A stretch of 63,577 nt of DNA, filler included, from Deltaproteobacteria bacterium (GTDB lineage: Bacteria; Myxococcota; JACRCW01): NCBI GenBank assembly GCA_016218805.1. It is 4 parts of 4 records of this genome, joined end to end, with 100 filler letters (N's around TTAATTAATTAA, not from the genome) between each part and the next. Parts side by side here need not be neighbours in the genome. Positions count along the whole stretch, not along the records: positions 1 to 29,083 come from JACRCW010000069.1; positions 29,184 to 35,532 come from JACRCW010000066.1; positions 35,633 to 61,115 come from JACRCW010000067.1; 1 more part is not named here. The stretch is one strand, 5' to 3'. The notes beneath the pieces were generated by a model that made no database searches, had not been told where the DNA came from, and worked only from the letters and a program-made list of their open reading frames with translations. Shown here piece after piece: positions 28,373 to 38,148 of the stretch. Positions within the stretch are counted from its first letter, which is position 1. Each line of letters starts with the position of its first letter. A program made the translations under genes and the position numbers.

Positions 28373-28944
28373 CCCCCGTTCAATCCCAGCACGGCGGGCG
28401 CGTGTTCGGCTACGCAAGGGTCAGCGGCGACAACCAGGCCGACAACACGTCCCTCCCACACCAAGCGGAGTGCATCCGCGCGTGGGCCAAGGCACGGGGC
28501 CTCTCCGTGGACGACGTGACCAAGGACGTCGCCTCGGGCCGCACCCTTGAGCGGCCGGGCCTCAACGCGCTCCGCGCGGACCTGCGCTCAGGCGACGTCG
28601 TCGTCGTGTACAAGCTTGACCGGCTTTCAAGGTCCGTCGTCGACGCGGACCCGCTCATCACGGCGTGGGAACAACAAGGCGTCTCCGTCTTCTCGGTCAC
28701 CGAGCCGTTGGAGACCGGCACCGCCATGGGCCGCGCCATGTACCGCATGGTCCTCGTGTTCGCGCAGGCGGAGCGTGAGGTCATTCAAGAGCGCGTCTCC
28801 GCGGGCCGCGCTCGGAACGCGCGCGAGGGCGGATTCAACGGGTCACCCGTTCCCTTTGGCTATCGCCTCGGCGGGGAGGGGGAGCCCTGCCTTGTCCCAG
28901 AGCCAGCCGAGGCAGAGTGCGTCCACCGGCTCTTCACATTGTAG
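28369..28944 (+). CDS. Serine recombinase, large-serine-recombinase type, apparently truncated
   Basis: GYARVS, VYKLDRLSR, AQAEREVIQER, G.FNGSPVPFGY, then EAECVHRLFTL-stop at the start of the recombinase domain. Confidence 0.85.
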   Translation: MTPVQSQHGGRVFGYARVSGDNQADNTSLPHQAECIRAWAKARGLSVDDVTKDVASGRTLERPGLNALRADLRSGDVVVVYKLDRLSRSVVDADPLITAWEQQGVSVFSVTEPLETGTAMGRAMYRMVLVFAQAEREVIQERVSAGRARNAREGGFNGSPVPFGYRLGGEGEPCLVPEPAEAECVHRLFTL

Positions 28945-29083
28945 TGTTGTCTCTCACACTGCAGTCCAGGGCAGAGGGTGTTTCTTCCCGGTCTTGACCA
29001 ACGCGCGGACACGTGAGGGCGCGGGGAAGGCCGGGAATTGGCTGCAAGGGAACGCGGGGATGATGATGGAGGGGGAAAGTGGG

Positions 29084-29183
29084 NNNNNNNNNNNNNNNNN
29101 NNNNNNNNNNNNNNNNNNNNNNNNNNNTTAATTAATTAANNNNNNNNNNNNNNNNNNNNNNNNNNNNNNNNNNNNNNNNNNNN
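29084..29183. other. Artificial contig spacer
   Basis: N run + TTAATTAATTAA + N run. Confidence 0.99.
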
Positions 29184-31519
29184 CCGAGCCCGACCCAGGG
29201 CCCAAAACCCGCGGCGGTTTCCTCTCGGGTCCAAATATCGTTGTTCGTGCCCCTCACGAACAGAGAACGGTAGCCCCATGAGTCTCGAACGACGACCGGC
29301 GGAGAGGTTGCAGTGCCGCCCATGTCGGTTCTTGTCCAGGTACCAAATGGCATCGGCTGGTCCACGCGCACGGTCGCATTGGATGCGTTCCGGAAGAAGA
29401 AGGACACACCCGGCAGACCTGCGCCATCGCGGTAGGCCGCGCCGGTGATGGCGGAGGTGACCTGGTCCGTTGCAACGGTGGCCCAGGTGCCGAACACGCC
29501 CGGAGACAACTGCTGATTGCATGAAAGGGTGCCGGCCGTGTTGCGTCCACACAGCACCAGGGTGTCCTGCGCGCCGTAGAGCCGGGCGGTCACAGCCGGC
29601 GCGGACGTGAACGTGGCGGTGTTCACCGCGCTCCATGAGCAGTACCCGGTGCCCGGATTGGTGCAGCGCCAGAAGCGGTTGTCCGTTCCCCGCACAAAGA
29701 TCTCCCGCCGTCCGTTGCTGCTGACAGCACCCGCGATTCCCGACGTCGCGGTCCCTCCAAGGGAGGTCCACGCGCCAAAAGCGCCTCCGGCCGTGGCCTG
29801 CACGCTGCGGTACGGCGCTCCATCAAGGCGGCGAGCGTACGCCTCGACCACGCCGTCAGCGCGCTTGAGGAACAGCGGGTTTCCCCAGATCTTGTTCGAG
29901 CCGGTCGTGAGGTCGGGAAGCTGAGACTCTGTCTGGCCGCTGGCTTCCGTCAGATCGATTCTTCTGACGTGGTGGTCGCTGTCCCGAAACAACAACTCGA
30001 TATTGGGTCCCGTCAACACCGCAGAAACCGCGGACTTGGGCGCCACGGACCCGTACGCATCCCACGGATCGAAGGCGGCGCCCGTGGAGCGCTGGTGGAT
30101 GCCCCAGACCGCGGGCCAGAGATCCTGGTAGACGCCCCTGGCAAACACGGACACGCCGCCAGACCACCAGTTGGGCGTAGCCGCCTGGGTGTGTTGCAGC
30201 GCGACAGCCGTAACGGGTTCAGCGAGGACAAGTGGATCCACCAGGGCCACCTCCATGATCTGCTCAATACGGAACGGGTCCATCCCGCGCCGCACCCAGG
30301 CGCGGTGAAAATCCAGGATGGTCGGGAAGGAGTCCGGCGTGTCCAGTTCCACGTCAAAGATCTTGAAGATGAGATCCGCGTTGTCTTCGCTGTCTTCCCA
30401 CTGTCCGTCCCGGCTGTCGGGACTGAGTCGCCTGTCTTCCAAGTCCCAAAGCGTGCCCGCGACCGTGTGCTCGAAGTCCTCTGGCCCGATCCATCCTCCC
30501 TGGGACCAGCCAGGTACTGGTTCCGCCCATTCTCCGACCCAATTGCTGCAATTGAATGTCTCCGCATCCTTGACTTCGAACGTACCGCCGGTCGGCTCTG
30601 TCAGCTTGTTAGTGGGATTGGGAGTCACGTCCCATACCTCATGTTTGTACACCGCCAACGCGAACCAGTCCGCGAACCCTTCCATCCACGCCAACTCCGC
30701 GCTGTTGATGACGTAGCCGCCTGAGCCCGCCCGGGCATCGCAGTCACCGTGCGTGCTGGGGACGGCAAAGAACTTCCCGCTGATCTGTTCCTGCAGGAAA
30801 TGGGCGTATTCGTGAATGAGGGTGCTGTCCTGCCAGTAGTACTCCTGGCCCCAGCGGATGGCGCCCCACCCCGGATCATAGAACGTGATGAACGGCTCAT
30901 TCGACGCAATGAGCTGCACGTTGACCTGCGGCAGCGCGTCACCACCTCCCCGGTGGGCATCCGCAAACTCCCGCGCGTACTGCAACGCGTACGTCACCGC
31001 GAAGTGCCGGCCTTCCGTTGTGTCTGGATTCCCAGGACCACCCCATTCGTAGTTCATCGGCGCTGGCACGTCCTGCGGAGTGCGAACGGTCCGGAGAGTG
31101 GGCACCACGACGCTGTAACTGTCCCACAGCACGGGCGGCGGCACGCTGTGCTGAGTGCGGACGTTGACCGCGCTTGTCTCCGCACCCACGTCCACGTGGT
31201 AGCGCCAGGGACCGCCGCCGGGCCAGCCTACGTCCGCTACAAAATACCCGGAGGAGTCCGTAGACACGACCAACGGTTCGTGGTTGATGATCACTGGCAA
31301 CCACGGTTGGGGTGGCACCCAATAGTCGGGCGCCCACTGCACTTCCACGGCCACCTTGGTGGAGCGCACCGGCCGGTACGTGTTCAGGCCGACGTGCCAG
31401 AACTGCAGCCGGCCTTCCAGCACCACGGCATTGGCCGTCATGGGTGCCGTGAACGTGACAAGACCGACGATCACGGAGATGAGATGAGATGAGATGAGAT
31501 AGGCCAAACGCAATCGCAT
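29184..31519 (-). CDS. Secreted zinc metallopeptidase with C-terminal PLL/fucose-lectin-like beta-propeller (3' end at contig edge)
   Basis: Signal peptide; HEYAH and AWMEGFADW; repeats such as GRREIFVRGTDNRFW and RSLFVRGTNNDIW with W..LGG...S. Confidence 0.75.
31476..31500 (-). repeat. Pentanucleotide simple sequence repeat (ATCTC)5 within the signal-peptide coding region
   Basis: Plus strand (GAGAT)5, 19 nt inside the ATG at 31519. Confidence 0.92.
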
Positions 31520-31684
31520 GGGGGACCCCTCGGGCTGCTGCATGGATGCAACACTCGCCTCATACAGCAGGCCCAACTACGTGCGCCCCCCCCGATCGGG
31601 GGGGTCCACGGAGTCCACGCAGCGGAGGTGCTGGAAGCACAACCTGGGACGCGGTCCGCACCGTGCGGTGACGCCGTGGACAGA

Positions 31685-31990
31685 TCAGCGCCGGAGACGG
31701 TCAGGCAACGCCAGCGTGGGGAAGCGGGACAGCAGGGGCAGGATGGCAATGCGCGCCATGTGCGTGCTGGTCCGGCCGGCCAGGCGCTCATAGATGTCCA
31801 GCACGGCGTCAAGCGCCTGCACGCCGTCCGCGCCCACGGCGGTGACCACACCCGAGTCCTCCACTACCAACCCAGGCACGGTGCGGACCTTCTGGACGGC
31901 GAGCTTCCCCAGGGCCTTCACCTTGCTGGTGATGATGGCGGTGAGGACTTCCCGGTAGCCGGCCCCGGGGTCACTGGCGGTGATGCTCAC
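31685..31990 (-). CDS. Small soluble hypothetical protein
   Basis: GAGGGG RBS, GTG start, host-like codons; 101 aa. Confidence 0.7.
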   Translation of the reverse strand: MSITASDPGAGYREVLTAIITSKVKALGKLAVQKVRTVPGLVVEDSGVVTAVGADGVQALDAVLDIYERLAGRTSTHMARIAILPLLSRFPTLALPDRLRR

Positions 31991-32000
31991 AGCGCGCCCC

Positions 32001-32282
32001 TCATCGCGTGGCCTTGAAACCCACCCAGCCGGCCATGGTGAACGACGCGGCGCCCGCCGTAAGCAGCACACCCATGACCCGCAGCAGGTCCTGCTCCTGG
32101 ACCAAACCAAAGCTCGCCGCCAGTTCCACGCCGGCGTGCACAAACACGCCCAGGAAGATGCCGACGATGATGTAGCGCACCATCCGGCCCAGTTCGCCAC
32201 CGAGCTTCAGCATGACGCTCCCCAGGGCGAGGATGGCCACCAGGCAGGCGACCAAGGCGACGACGTTGGTGATGGCATGCAA
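32001..32282 (-). CDS. Small three-TM membrane protein
   Basis: 93 aa, three hydrophobic helices, GAGGT upstream of a TTG start. Confidence 0.7.
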   Translation of the reverse strand: MHAITNVVALVACLVAILALGSVMLKLGGELGRMVRYIIVGIFLGVFVHAGVELAASFGLVQEQDLLRVMGVLLTAGAASFTMAGWVGFKATR

Positions 32283-32663
32283 GACGGAGCGACCTCACGG
32301 TGCCGGGTGGTGTTGGCCGACAACCCCGCACGCTAGCATGCATCTGCGCCTGGGAAGCCAACTCACCAGACCCAAGAGACACCTTCCGCACGGAACACCA
32401 CCGGCTCCGCTGCCCGCTGATGTTCCAGGGAACCTTCCCCTCCCCTGCCCCTGGCCCAGCGGGCCCGCGGCGTCTCCTGGACGCGCAGTGGGCGTCCCGC
32501 CTTTGACGCGGCGCTGGCAGGTGCTTGAACGGCACGGGTTGCCCGTCGGTGGTGTGCCAGTGGAGGGCGAGGTTCCTCGCCGCGACGCCGCCCGCGCCGC
32601 CAAACCTGCTATAGGGGCCGCCCCCAGGACGCAGTCGCCCCACGTACGCAGGTAGCCGCCGCC

Positions 32664-34781
32664 ATGTCACAGGATCACCCACCGTCGTCAGACAGCCCCG
32701 AACCAAAAGCCAAGAAGGAGAAGAAACCCGGTGGCCGGCTGGCCCGCGTCCGCAACGTGGGCATTTGCGCGCACATTGACGCGGGCAAGACCACGCTGAC
32801 GGAGCGCGTGCTGTTCTACACCGGCGTGAGCCACCGCATGGGCGAAGTCCACGACGGCGACACGATCATGGACTACATGGTCCAGGAACGGGAGCGCGGC
32901 ATCACCATCACCGCGGCCGTGACCGAATGCCCGTGGAAGGGCCACGACGTCCACATTATCGACACGCCCGGGCACGTGGATTTCACCATTGAGGTGGAGC
33001 GTTCCCTGCGGGTGCTGGACGGGGCGGTGGTGGTGTTTGACGCCGTCAACGGCGTGGAGCCGCAGAGTGAGACGGTGTGGCGCCAGGCCGACCGCTACCA
33101 CGTGCCGCGGCTGGCGTTCATCAACAAGATGGACCGCGTGGGTGCGGACTTTGAGATGTCCGTGGACAGCATCCGCAAGAAGCTGGGTGCCAACCCGGTG
33201 CCGGTGAACCTGCCCATTGGCAAGGAGCACGAGTTTGACGGCGTGCTGGACCTGCTCAGCCGGGAGCGCGTGACGTTTGAGGGGGACCGCGGCACGGACG
33301 TCACCCGCACGCCCGCCACCGGCGTGGAGCTGGACGAAATCAACCTCAACCGCGACGCGCTGGTGGAGGCCTGCGCCGACGTGGATGACGCGGTGGCGGA
33401 GGCCTACCTGGGCGGCGCGGACGTCACCCGCGAACTGTTGGAAGCCGCACTGCGCAAGGGGTGCATCAGCGGGAAGCTGGTGCCGGTGCTGGCGGGCAGT
33501 GCGCTCAAGGACAAGGGCGTGCAGCTGTTGTTGGACGCCATGGTGGCCTACCTGCCCGCGCCGCCGGACCTGCCGCCCATGAAGGGCTTTGAGCCGCGCA
33601 CGCACGCGCCCATGGAGCGGGAGCAGAAACCCGAAGCGCCGCTGGTGGCGCTGGCCTTCAAGATCCAGATGGAGGAGGGCCGCAAGCAGGTCTACCTGCG
33701 GTTGTATTCGGGGACGCTGTCCTCCGGGGACGAGGTGCTCAACAGCACCCACGGCAAGAAGGAGAAGGTGGCACGGCTGTTCCTGGCCCACGCCGACAAG
33801 CGCACGCGCATTGACAAGGCCACCGCCGGGCAGCTGGTGGTGGCGGCGGGGCTGAAGTTTGCGCGCACCGGCGACACCCTCTGCGCGCCCAATGCGCCCA
33901 TGCTGCTGGACAAGATGGCGTTCCAGGAGCCGGTGATTGCCATTGCGGTGGAGGCCCGGCGCAACCAGGACCAGGAGAAGCTGGAGGAGGTCCTGCAGAA
34001 GCTCCAGGACGAGGATCCCACGCTGCGCGTGCAGGTGGACCCGGACACGGGCCAGACGCTGCTCCGCGGCATGGGCGAGCTGCACCTGGAGATCATTGTG
34101 GACCGGTTGGACCGGGAGTTTGGCACGCCGGTGAACACGGGGCGGCCGCAGGTGGTGTTCCGGGAAGCGCTGGGTGCGGAAGCGCACGCGCACGACACGT
34201 TTGAGAAGGTGTTGCCGGAGGCCACCGGCGGGGAGATGCACCTGTTTGCCGGTGCGCGCGTGCGGTTGAAGCCGCGCCAGCGCGGTGCGGGCAACCTGGT
34301 GGTGACCGAGAACGTTCGCCTGGACCCGCCGGACCTGCAGCTGGATGAAGAGCAGGAGGCTGCGGTGCGCGAGGGCTGCGAGGACGCCATCCGCAACGGG
34401 CCGCTGCAGGGCTTCCCGCTGGTGGACGTGGAGCTGCAGTTGGAGACGTTGCAGCTGCGTCCCAAGCAGAGCACGGAGGTGGCGCTGCGCGCCGCCATTG
34501 GCAAGGCGACCCGCGAGGCCGCGCGCACGGCAAGCCCGCGCCTGCTGCAGCCCATCATGCAGATGGAGATTGTGGCGCCGCAGGACCTCACCGGTCCGGT
34601 CATGGGTGACCTGCAGGCGCGCGGCGGCCGCATTGAAGGCATGGACTCCGAGCGCGGGGCCACCATCATCCGCGCCACCGCGCCGCTGGTGAAGCTGTTC
34701 GGGTATTCCACGGACCTGCGCAGCCTCACGCAGGGGCGCGGGACGTTCACCATGCAGTTTGGCCGCTTTGACGAGGCCTGA
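32664..34781 (+). CDS. fusA: Elongation factor G paralog (stand-alone, divergent domain IV)
   Basis: [50 protein letters not shown]; no rpsL/rpsG/tuf neighbours. Confidence 0.92.
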   Translation: MSQDHPPSSDSPEPKAKKEKKPGGRLARVRNVGICAHIDAGKTTLTERVLFYTGVSHRMGEVHDGDTIMDYMVQERERGITITAAVTECPWKGHDVHIIDTPGHVDFTIEVERSLRVLDGAVVVFDAVNGVEPQSETVWRQADRYHVPRLAFINKMDRVGADFEMSVDSIRKKLGANPVPVNLPIGKEHEFDGVLDLLSRERVTFEGDRGTDVTRTPATGVELDEINLNRDALVEACADVDDAVAEAYLGGADVTRELLEAALRKGCISGKLVPVLAGSALKDKGVQLLLDAMVAYLPAPPDLPPMKGFEPRTHAPMEREQKPEAPLVALAFKIQMEEGRKQVYLRLYSGTLSSGDEVLNSTHGKKEKVARLFLAHADKRTRIDKATAGQLVVAAGLKFARTGDTLCAPNAPMLLDKMAFQEPVIAIAVEARRNQDQEKLEEVLQKLQDEDPTLRVQVDPDTGQTLLRGMGELHLEIIVDRLDREFGTPVNTGRPQVVFREALGAEAHAHDTFEKVLPEATGGEMHLFAGARVRLKPRQRGAGNLVVTENVRLDPPDLQLDEEQEAAVREGCEDAIRNGPLQGFPLVDVELQLETLQLRPKQSTEVALRAAIGKATREAARTASPRLLQPIMQMEIVAPQDLTGPVMGDLQARGGRIEGMDSERGATIIRATAPLVKLFGYSTDLRSLTQGRGTFTMQFGRFDEA

Positions 34782-35002
34782 CTGAGCCGCCACCGGCGCG
34801 CCCGCTCCAGGCCACACGCACCGCAGTCTTCGTGGGGCCGGCATCCCTGCCGGCCGCCGGCCCAGCTCTCCTCTTTGATTCCAAGACCGGCGAAGGCCGG
34901 TCGCACCCGGCGGCATGGGAGCAGTGCCCGTGTGTTGCCGGGCAGGCAGTTGCGCCGGCGACCGGCACAGAGGCTGTGCGGGGCCGGCGTCCCAGCGTTG
35001 GC

Positions 35003-35532
35003 CTACTCGGCCATCTTCACCTTGAGTTCAGCGTCCTTGCCGGCCTCAATGGTCACGCTGAGCGTCTTGCGCGCCTTGAGGTCCTTGTTGTCCAGGACCA
35101 CCTGGTGCTCGCCCTCCACCAGTTTGAGGGGCGCCATGGGCGTCACGCCCATGCGCTTGCCGTCCACGCGCACCTCCGCCCACGGCGCCGCTTTCACCAC
35201 CAGGTTGCCCGTGGCGAACTCCACCGCCCGCTCCGTCAGCACGCCGGCCATCACCGGCACCACCAGCTCCCGGCTGGCCTTGCTGTCCACCACCACGCGC
35301 ACCCGGTGGTCACCCGCGGCCACGCCGGACAGCCGCAGCGGGGTACGGCCCACCTGCCGGCCGTCCAGGTAGACGGTGGCCTTGTGGCTGGCGGTGACGG
35401 ACAGCGCGCCGCCCCGGGCGCCTCCGGAGGGTCGCGCCGCCGGGGCGGTCCGGGCCGGTGGCGGGGCCGGGGCGGGATCGGCGGCCACCGGGTCCGGCTC
35501 AGGGGGCGCCGGGTCCGGCGCGGCGGGCGCCG
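35003..35532 (-). CDS. C-terminal fragment of a PEGA-domain protein (5' truncated by contig end)
   Basis: VYLDGRQVGRTPL and PWAEVRVDGKRMGVTP PEGA repeats after a Pro-rich linker. Confidence 0.8.
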
Positions 35533-35632
35533 NNNNNNNNNNNNNNNNNNNNNNNNNNNNNNNNNNNNNNNNNNNNTTAATTAATTAANNNNNNNNNNNN
35601 NNNNNNNNNNNNNNNNNNNNNNNNNNNNNNNN
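35533..35632. other. Artificial contig spacer
   Basis: N run + TTAATTAATTAA + N run. Confidence 0.99.
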
Positions 35633-35693
35633 CCGCGTGGAATGCAATAAGGTGTTCAGAGGAATGGGTGGATGGTGCCTTGGAGTTGCCGTT

Positions 35694-35716
35694 GGCAGGC
35701 CAGAGGCCTGCCCCAC
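35694..35716 (-). repeat. REP-like palindrome of the GTGG type
   Basis: Minus strand GTGG-GGCAGGCC-TCT-GGCCTGCC; related GTGGGG(G)CGGACCTCTGCC copies near 35836-35854 and 60666-60683. Confidence 0.55.
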
Positions 35717-35778
35717 GGTTGGAATTGCCGGTAGTCGCGTCTGGTCAGTGCGCCTGCTGCATCGCCTCCCCCCCTCGT

Positions 35779-36284
35779 GGCCCTCGTGGGGGGAGGCCGC
35801 CGAGGCGCGTAGCGCCGAGGCGGGTGGGGGGCTGCGGCAGAGGTCCGCCCCCACGGTTGGATGTCGGGGACGCCGCCGCCGAAAACAGCAGCGCCCGCCG
35901 AGGGGGCGGGCGCGCGACTGCGAGGTCTTGTGGACGCTCTGCTTCAGTTCACTTCTGTTCCACGTGCGCCGCCACCGGCTCCTTGGGAGACTCAAACAGC
36001 CACGCGGTCACACCGCCCAGCACCGCGCCCGCCACCACGAACAGCGCCATGGCCGCTGTGAAGCCCAGCAGCATCCCGCCGCCGGTGATCACCTTCGCCG
36101 CAATGGACGTCTCCACCGACAATCCCAGCAGCACATTGGCAAAGAACATCCCAATGTAAGCGCCGAACAGACTGGAGGGAAGCGCACCCACCGCCAGGAA
36201 GCCCAGGAAGCCAAGCGCCGCACCCACGTAGTTGCCAGCCTTTGTCGTCGTCGTCATGTTCGTCTCCTTGAGGGGTCGCGTCCC
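35779..36284. repeat. About 500-bp direct repeat, copy 1 (small membrane gene plus downstream hairpins)
   Basis: Near-identical to 60610-61115. Confidence 0.92.
35949..36257 (-). CDS. Small Gly-rich membrane protein, copy 1
   Basis: 102 aa, AAGGAG RBS, glycine-zipper-like hydrophobic helices. Confidence 0.85.
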   Translation of the reverse strand: MTTTTKAGNYVGAALGFLGFLAVGALPSSLFGAYIGMFFANVLLGLSVETSIAAKVITGGGMLLGFTAAMALFVVAGAVLGGVTAWLFESPKEPVAAHVEQK

Positions 36285-36311
36285 GCGTCCTCGCTGTTCG
36301 CTTCCCTACAA

Positions 36312-36328
36312 AGCACCCGCAATGCCAA
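36312..36328 (-). promoter_or_regulatory. Sigma-54 (-24/-12) promoter candidate
   Basis: Minus strand TTGGCATTGCGGGTGCT: GG-N10-GC spacing, about 55 nt upstream of the ATG at 36257. Confidence 0.6.
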
Positions 36329-36503
36329 GTGCGTTCGCGTTGATTTCGTTGGTTTTCACGGGGAGCCCTTCGCCGGATTCACCCGACACGCCGCGGGCCC
36401 ACGGCCACCCCACCCGTGCAAGGGCGCGGGATCGCGGTGAAACAAGCTGGAGCAGAGCGGGTTGTCGGGAAGTCGCGTCGGGCTGGCGGAATCCCGCGAC
36501 AGG

Positions 36504-37823
36504 TCAGAAGCGCGCGAGCAAATCGGCCAGGCCGGGCTTGGACAGTTCCTCAAGCTCGTACGTGGCCCGCACAATGGGCACGGGGACCTTGATGACCTTG
36601 CCCAGGTCAATGGGCGTGGCGGACAGCAACACGTCCACCTTCTCCGCGGCCACCGTGCGCCGGACGGTCTCCATCAAATCCTGCAACTGGTGCTCCGAAT
36701 ACCCCATCGCCGGCAGCACCTTCTCCGTTTGTCCGTATTTCTCATACGTCGCCTTGATGCTGCCCACCGCGTAGGGCCGCGGGGACACCACCGTCACGCC
36801 GTGCTCCTGCGCCGCCACCCAGCCCGCGCCAATGGCCATGCCGCCATGCGTGAGCGTGGGGCCGTCCTCCACAACAATGGCCCGCTTGCCCTTCACCGCC
36901 GCCAGGTCCGCCACGCCAATGGGTGACGCGGCGCGGATGATGGTGGCCTTGGGGTTCACGCGGGTGATGTTGGCCACCACGGTGTCTATGTCCGCGGGCT
37001 TGGCCTGCTTGATCTTGTTGATCACCACCGCGTGCGCGCGCCGCAGCACCGTCTCGCCCGGATGGTAGCTGACCTCGTGACCGGGGCGCAGCGGGTCCAC
37101 CACCGCCACCTCAAAGTCCGGCTGGTAGAAGGAGAAGTCATTGTTTCCTCCGTCCCAGAGGATGACATCCGCTTCCTTCTGCGCCTCGGCCAGGATTCCC
37201 GCGTAATCCACCCCCGCGTAGATCACCGCGCCCGCCTCAATGTGCGGCTCGTACTCCTCGCGCTCTTCAATGGTGCACTTGTGGCGCTCCATGTCCGCGT
37301 AGGACGCGAACCGCTGCACCGCCTGCGCGGCCAGGTCCCCGTACGGCATGGGGTGGCGCACCGCCACCACGCGGCGCCCGCGCTCGCGCAGCACGCGCAC
37401 AATGTACCGCGCCGTCTGGCTCTTGCCGCAGCCCGTCCGCACCGCGCACACGCTCACCACCGGAACGCGCGCCTTCAGCGCCGTCTCATTGGGGCCCATC
37501 AGCTTGAAGGATGCACCCGCCGCGTGCACGCGGCTGGCCATGTGCATCACGTACTCGTGCGTCACGTCGCTGTAGGCAAACACCACCTCGTCCACCTTCC
37601 GGTCCCGGATGAGGCGCTCCATCTCGCTCTCCTCCTCAATGGGAATGCCGTCCGGGTAGCGCGGTCCCGCCAGGGATGCGGGGAATTTGCGGCCCGCAAT
37701 GTCGGGTATCTGCGTCGCGGTGAAGGCAACCACGCGGTAGTACGGGTTGTCCCGGCACGCGACCAGGAAGTTGTGGAAATCCCGGCCTGCTGCGCCGAGG
37801 ATGAGGAGGCGTTTCTCGGTCAT
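36504..37823 (-). CDS. COG2403 family P-loop protein (arginine synthetase ArcE / cyclic 2,3-diphosphoglycerate synthetase-like)
   Basis: ILGAAGRDFHNF, AFTATQIP, AVRTGCGKSQT, RHPMPYG, TIEEREEYEPH, WDGGNND, VEDGPTLTHGGM, LPAMGYS; ATG 37823. Confidence 0.85.
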   Translation of the reverse strand: MTEKRLLILGAAGRDFHNFLVACRDNPYYRVVAFTATQIPDIAGRKFPASLAGPRYPDGIPIEEESEMERLIRDRKVDEVVFAYSDVTHEYVMHMASRVHAAGASFKLMGPNETALKARVPVVSVCAVRTGCGKSQTARYIVRVLRERGRRVVAVRHPMPYGDLAAQAVQRFASYADMERHKCTIEEREEYEPHIEAGAVIYAGVDYAGILAEAQKEADVILWDGGNNDFSFYQPDFEVAVVDPLRPGHEVSYHPGETVLRRAHAVVINKIKQAKPADIDTVVANITRVNPKATIIRAASPIGVADLAAVKGKRAIVVEDGPTLTHGGMAIGAGWVAAQEHGVTVVSPRPYAVGSIKATYEKYGQTEKVLPAMGYSEHQLQDLMETVRRTVAAEKVDVLLSATPIDLGKVIKVPVPIVRATYELEELSKPGLADLLARF

Positions 37824-38022
37824 GGCGTCACCCTGTCGATTTCCGGTGGTTTCTGTCCGGTTCCGGAAAGAGAGCGCAAACGCGGGCACCGGACCCGTGT
37901 TGCGCCGTGGCGGCGCGGCACCTGAGCAGGCGCGGAACCAAACGGCAAGCGCGCCCGCCACGACGTCACGTTGCGCGGCGACGGCGCGCGCAAGAACGCG
38001 CCTGGGCCGGGGGCATTCCACC

Positions 38023-38038
38023 GCAAGGGTTTCGCCAA
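38023..38038 (-). promoter_or_regulatory. Possible sigma-54 promoter for the COG2403 gene
   Basis: Minus strand TTGGCGAAACCCTTGC (GG-N10-GC), about 200 nt upstream of the start. Confidence 0.35.
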
Positions 38039-38148
38039 ACCGGGGTGGTCTTGGAGACAGACCCGGGAGGCGTGGGTGCGTGGCGCAGCGCGCATGACTT
38101 GGAAGGGAGGATGCTGCCAAGGTGGGGGAACGTCCTGGAGGTGAGTTG

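Larger units (their letters stand above)
24993..29083. mobile_element. Left part of a tRNA-integrated genomic island, running off the contig end
   Basis: att fragment at the left edge, visibly lower GC and different codon usage, DUF3800/XRE/recombinase cargo. Confidence 0.75.

Noticed and set aside
29084..29183. TTAATTAATTAA motif as a biological repeat
   Set aside because: It sits in the middle of identical N runs three times and is a contig-joining linker.
32283..32663. Riboswitch in the intergenic region upstream of fusA and the small membrane gene
   Set aside because: I could not match any known aptamer consensus by eye.
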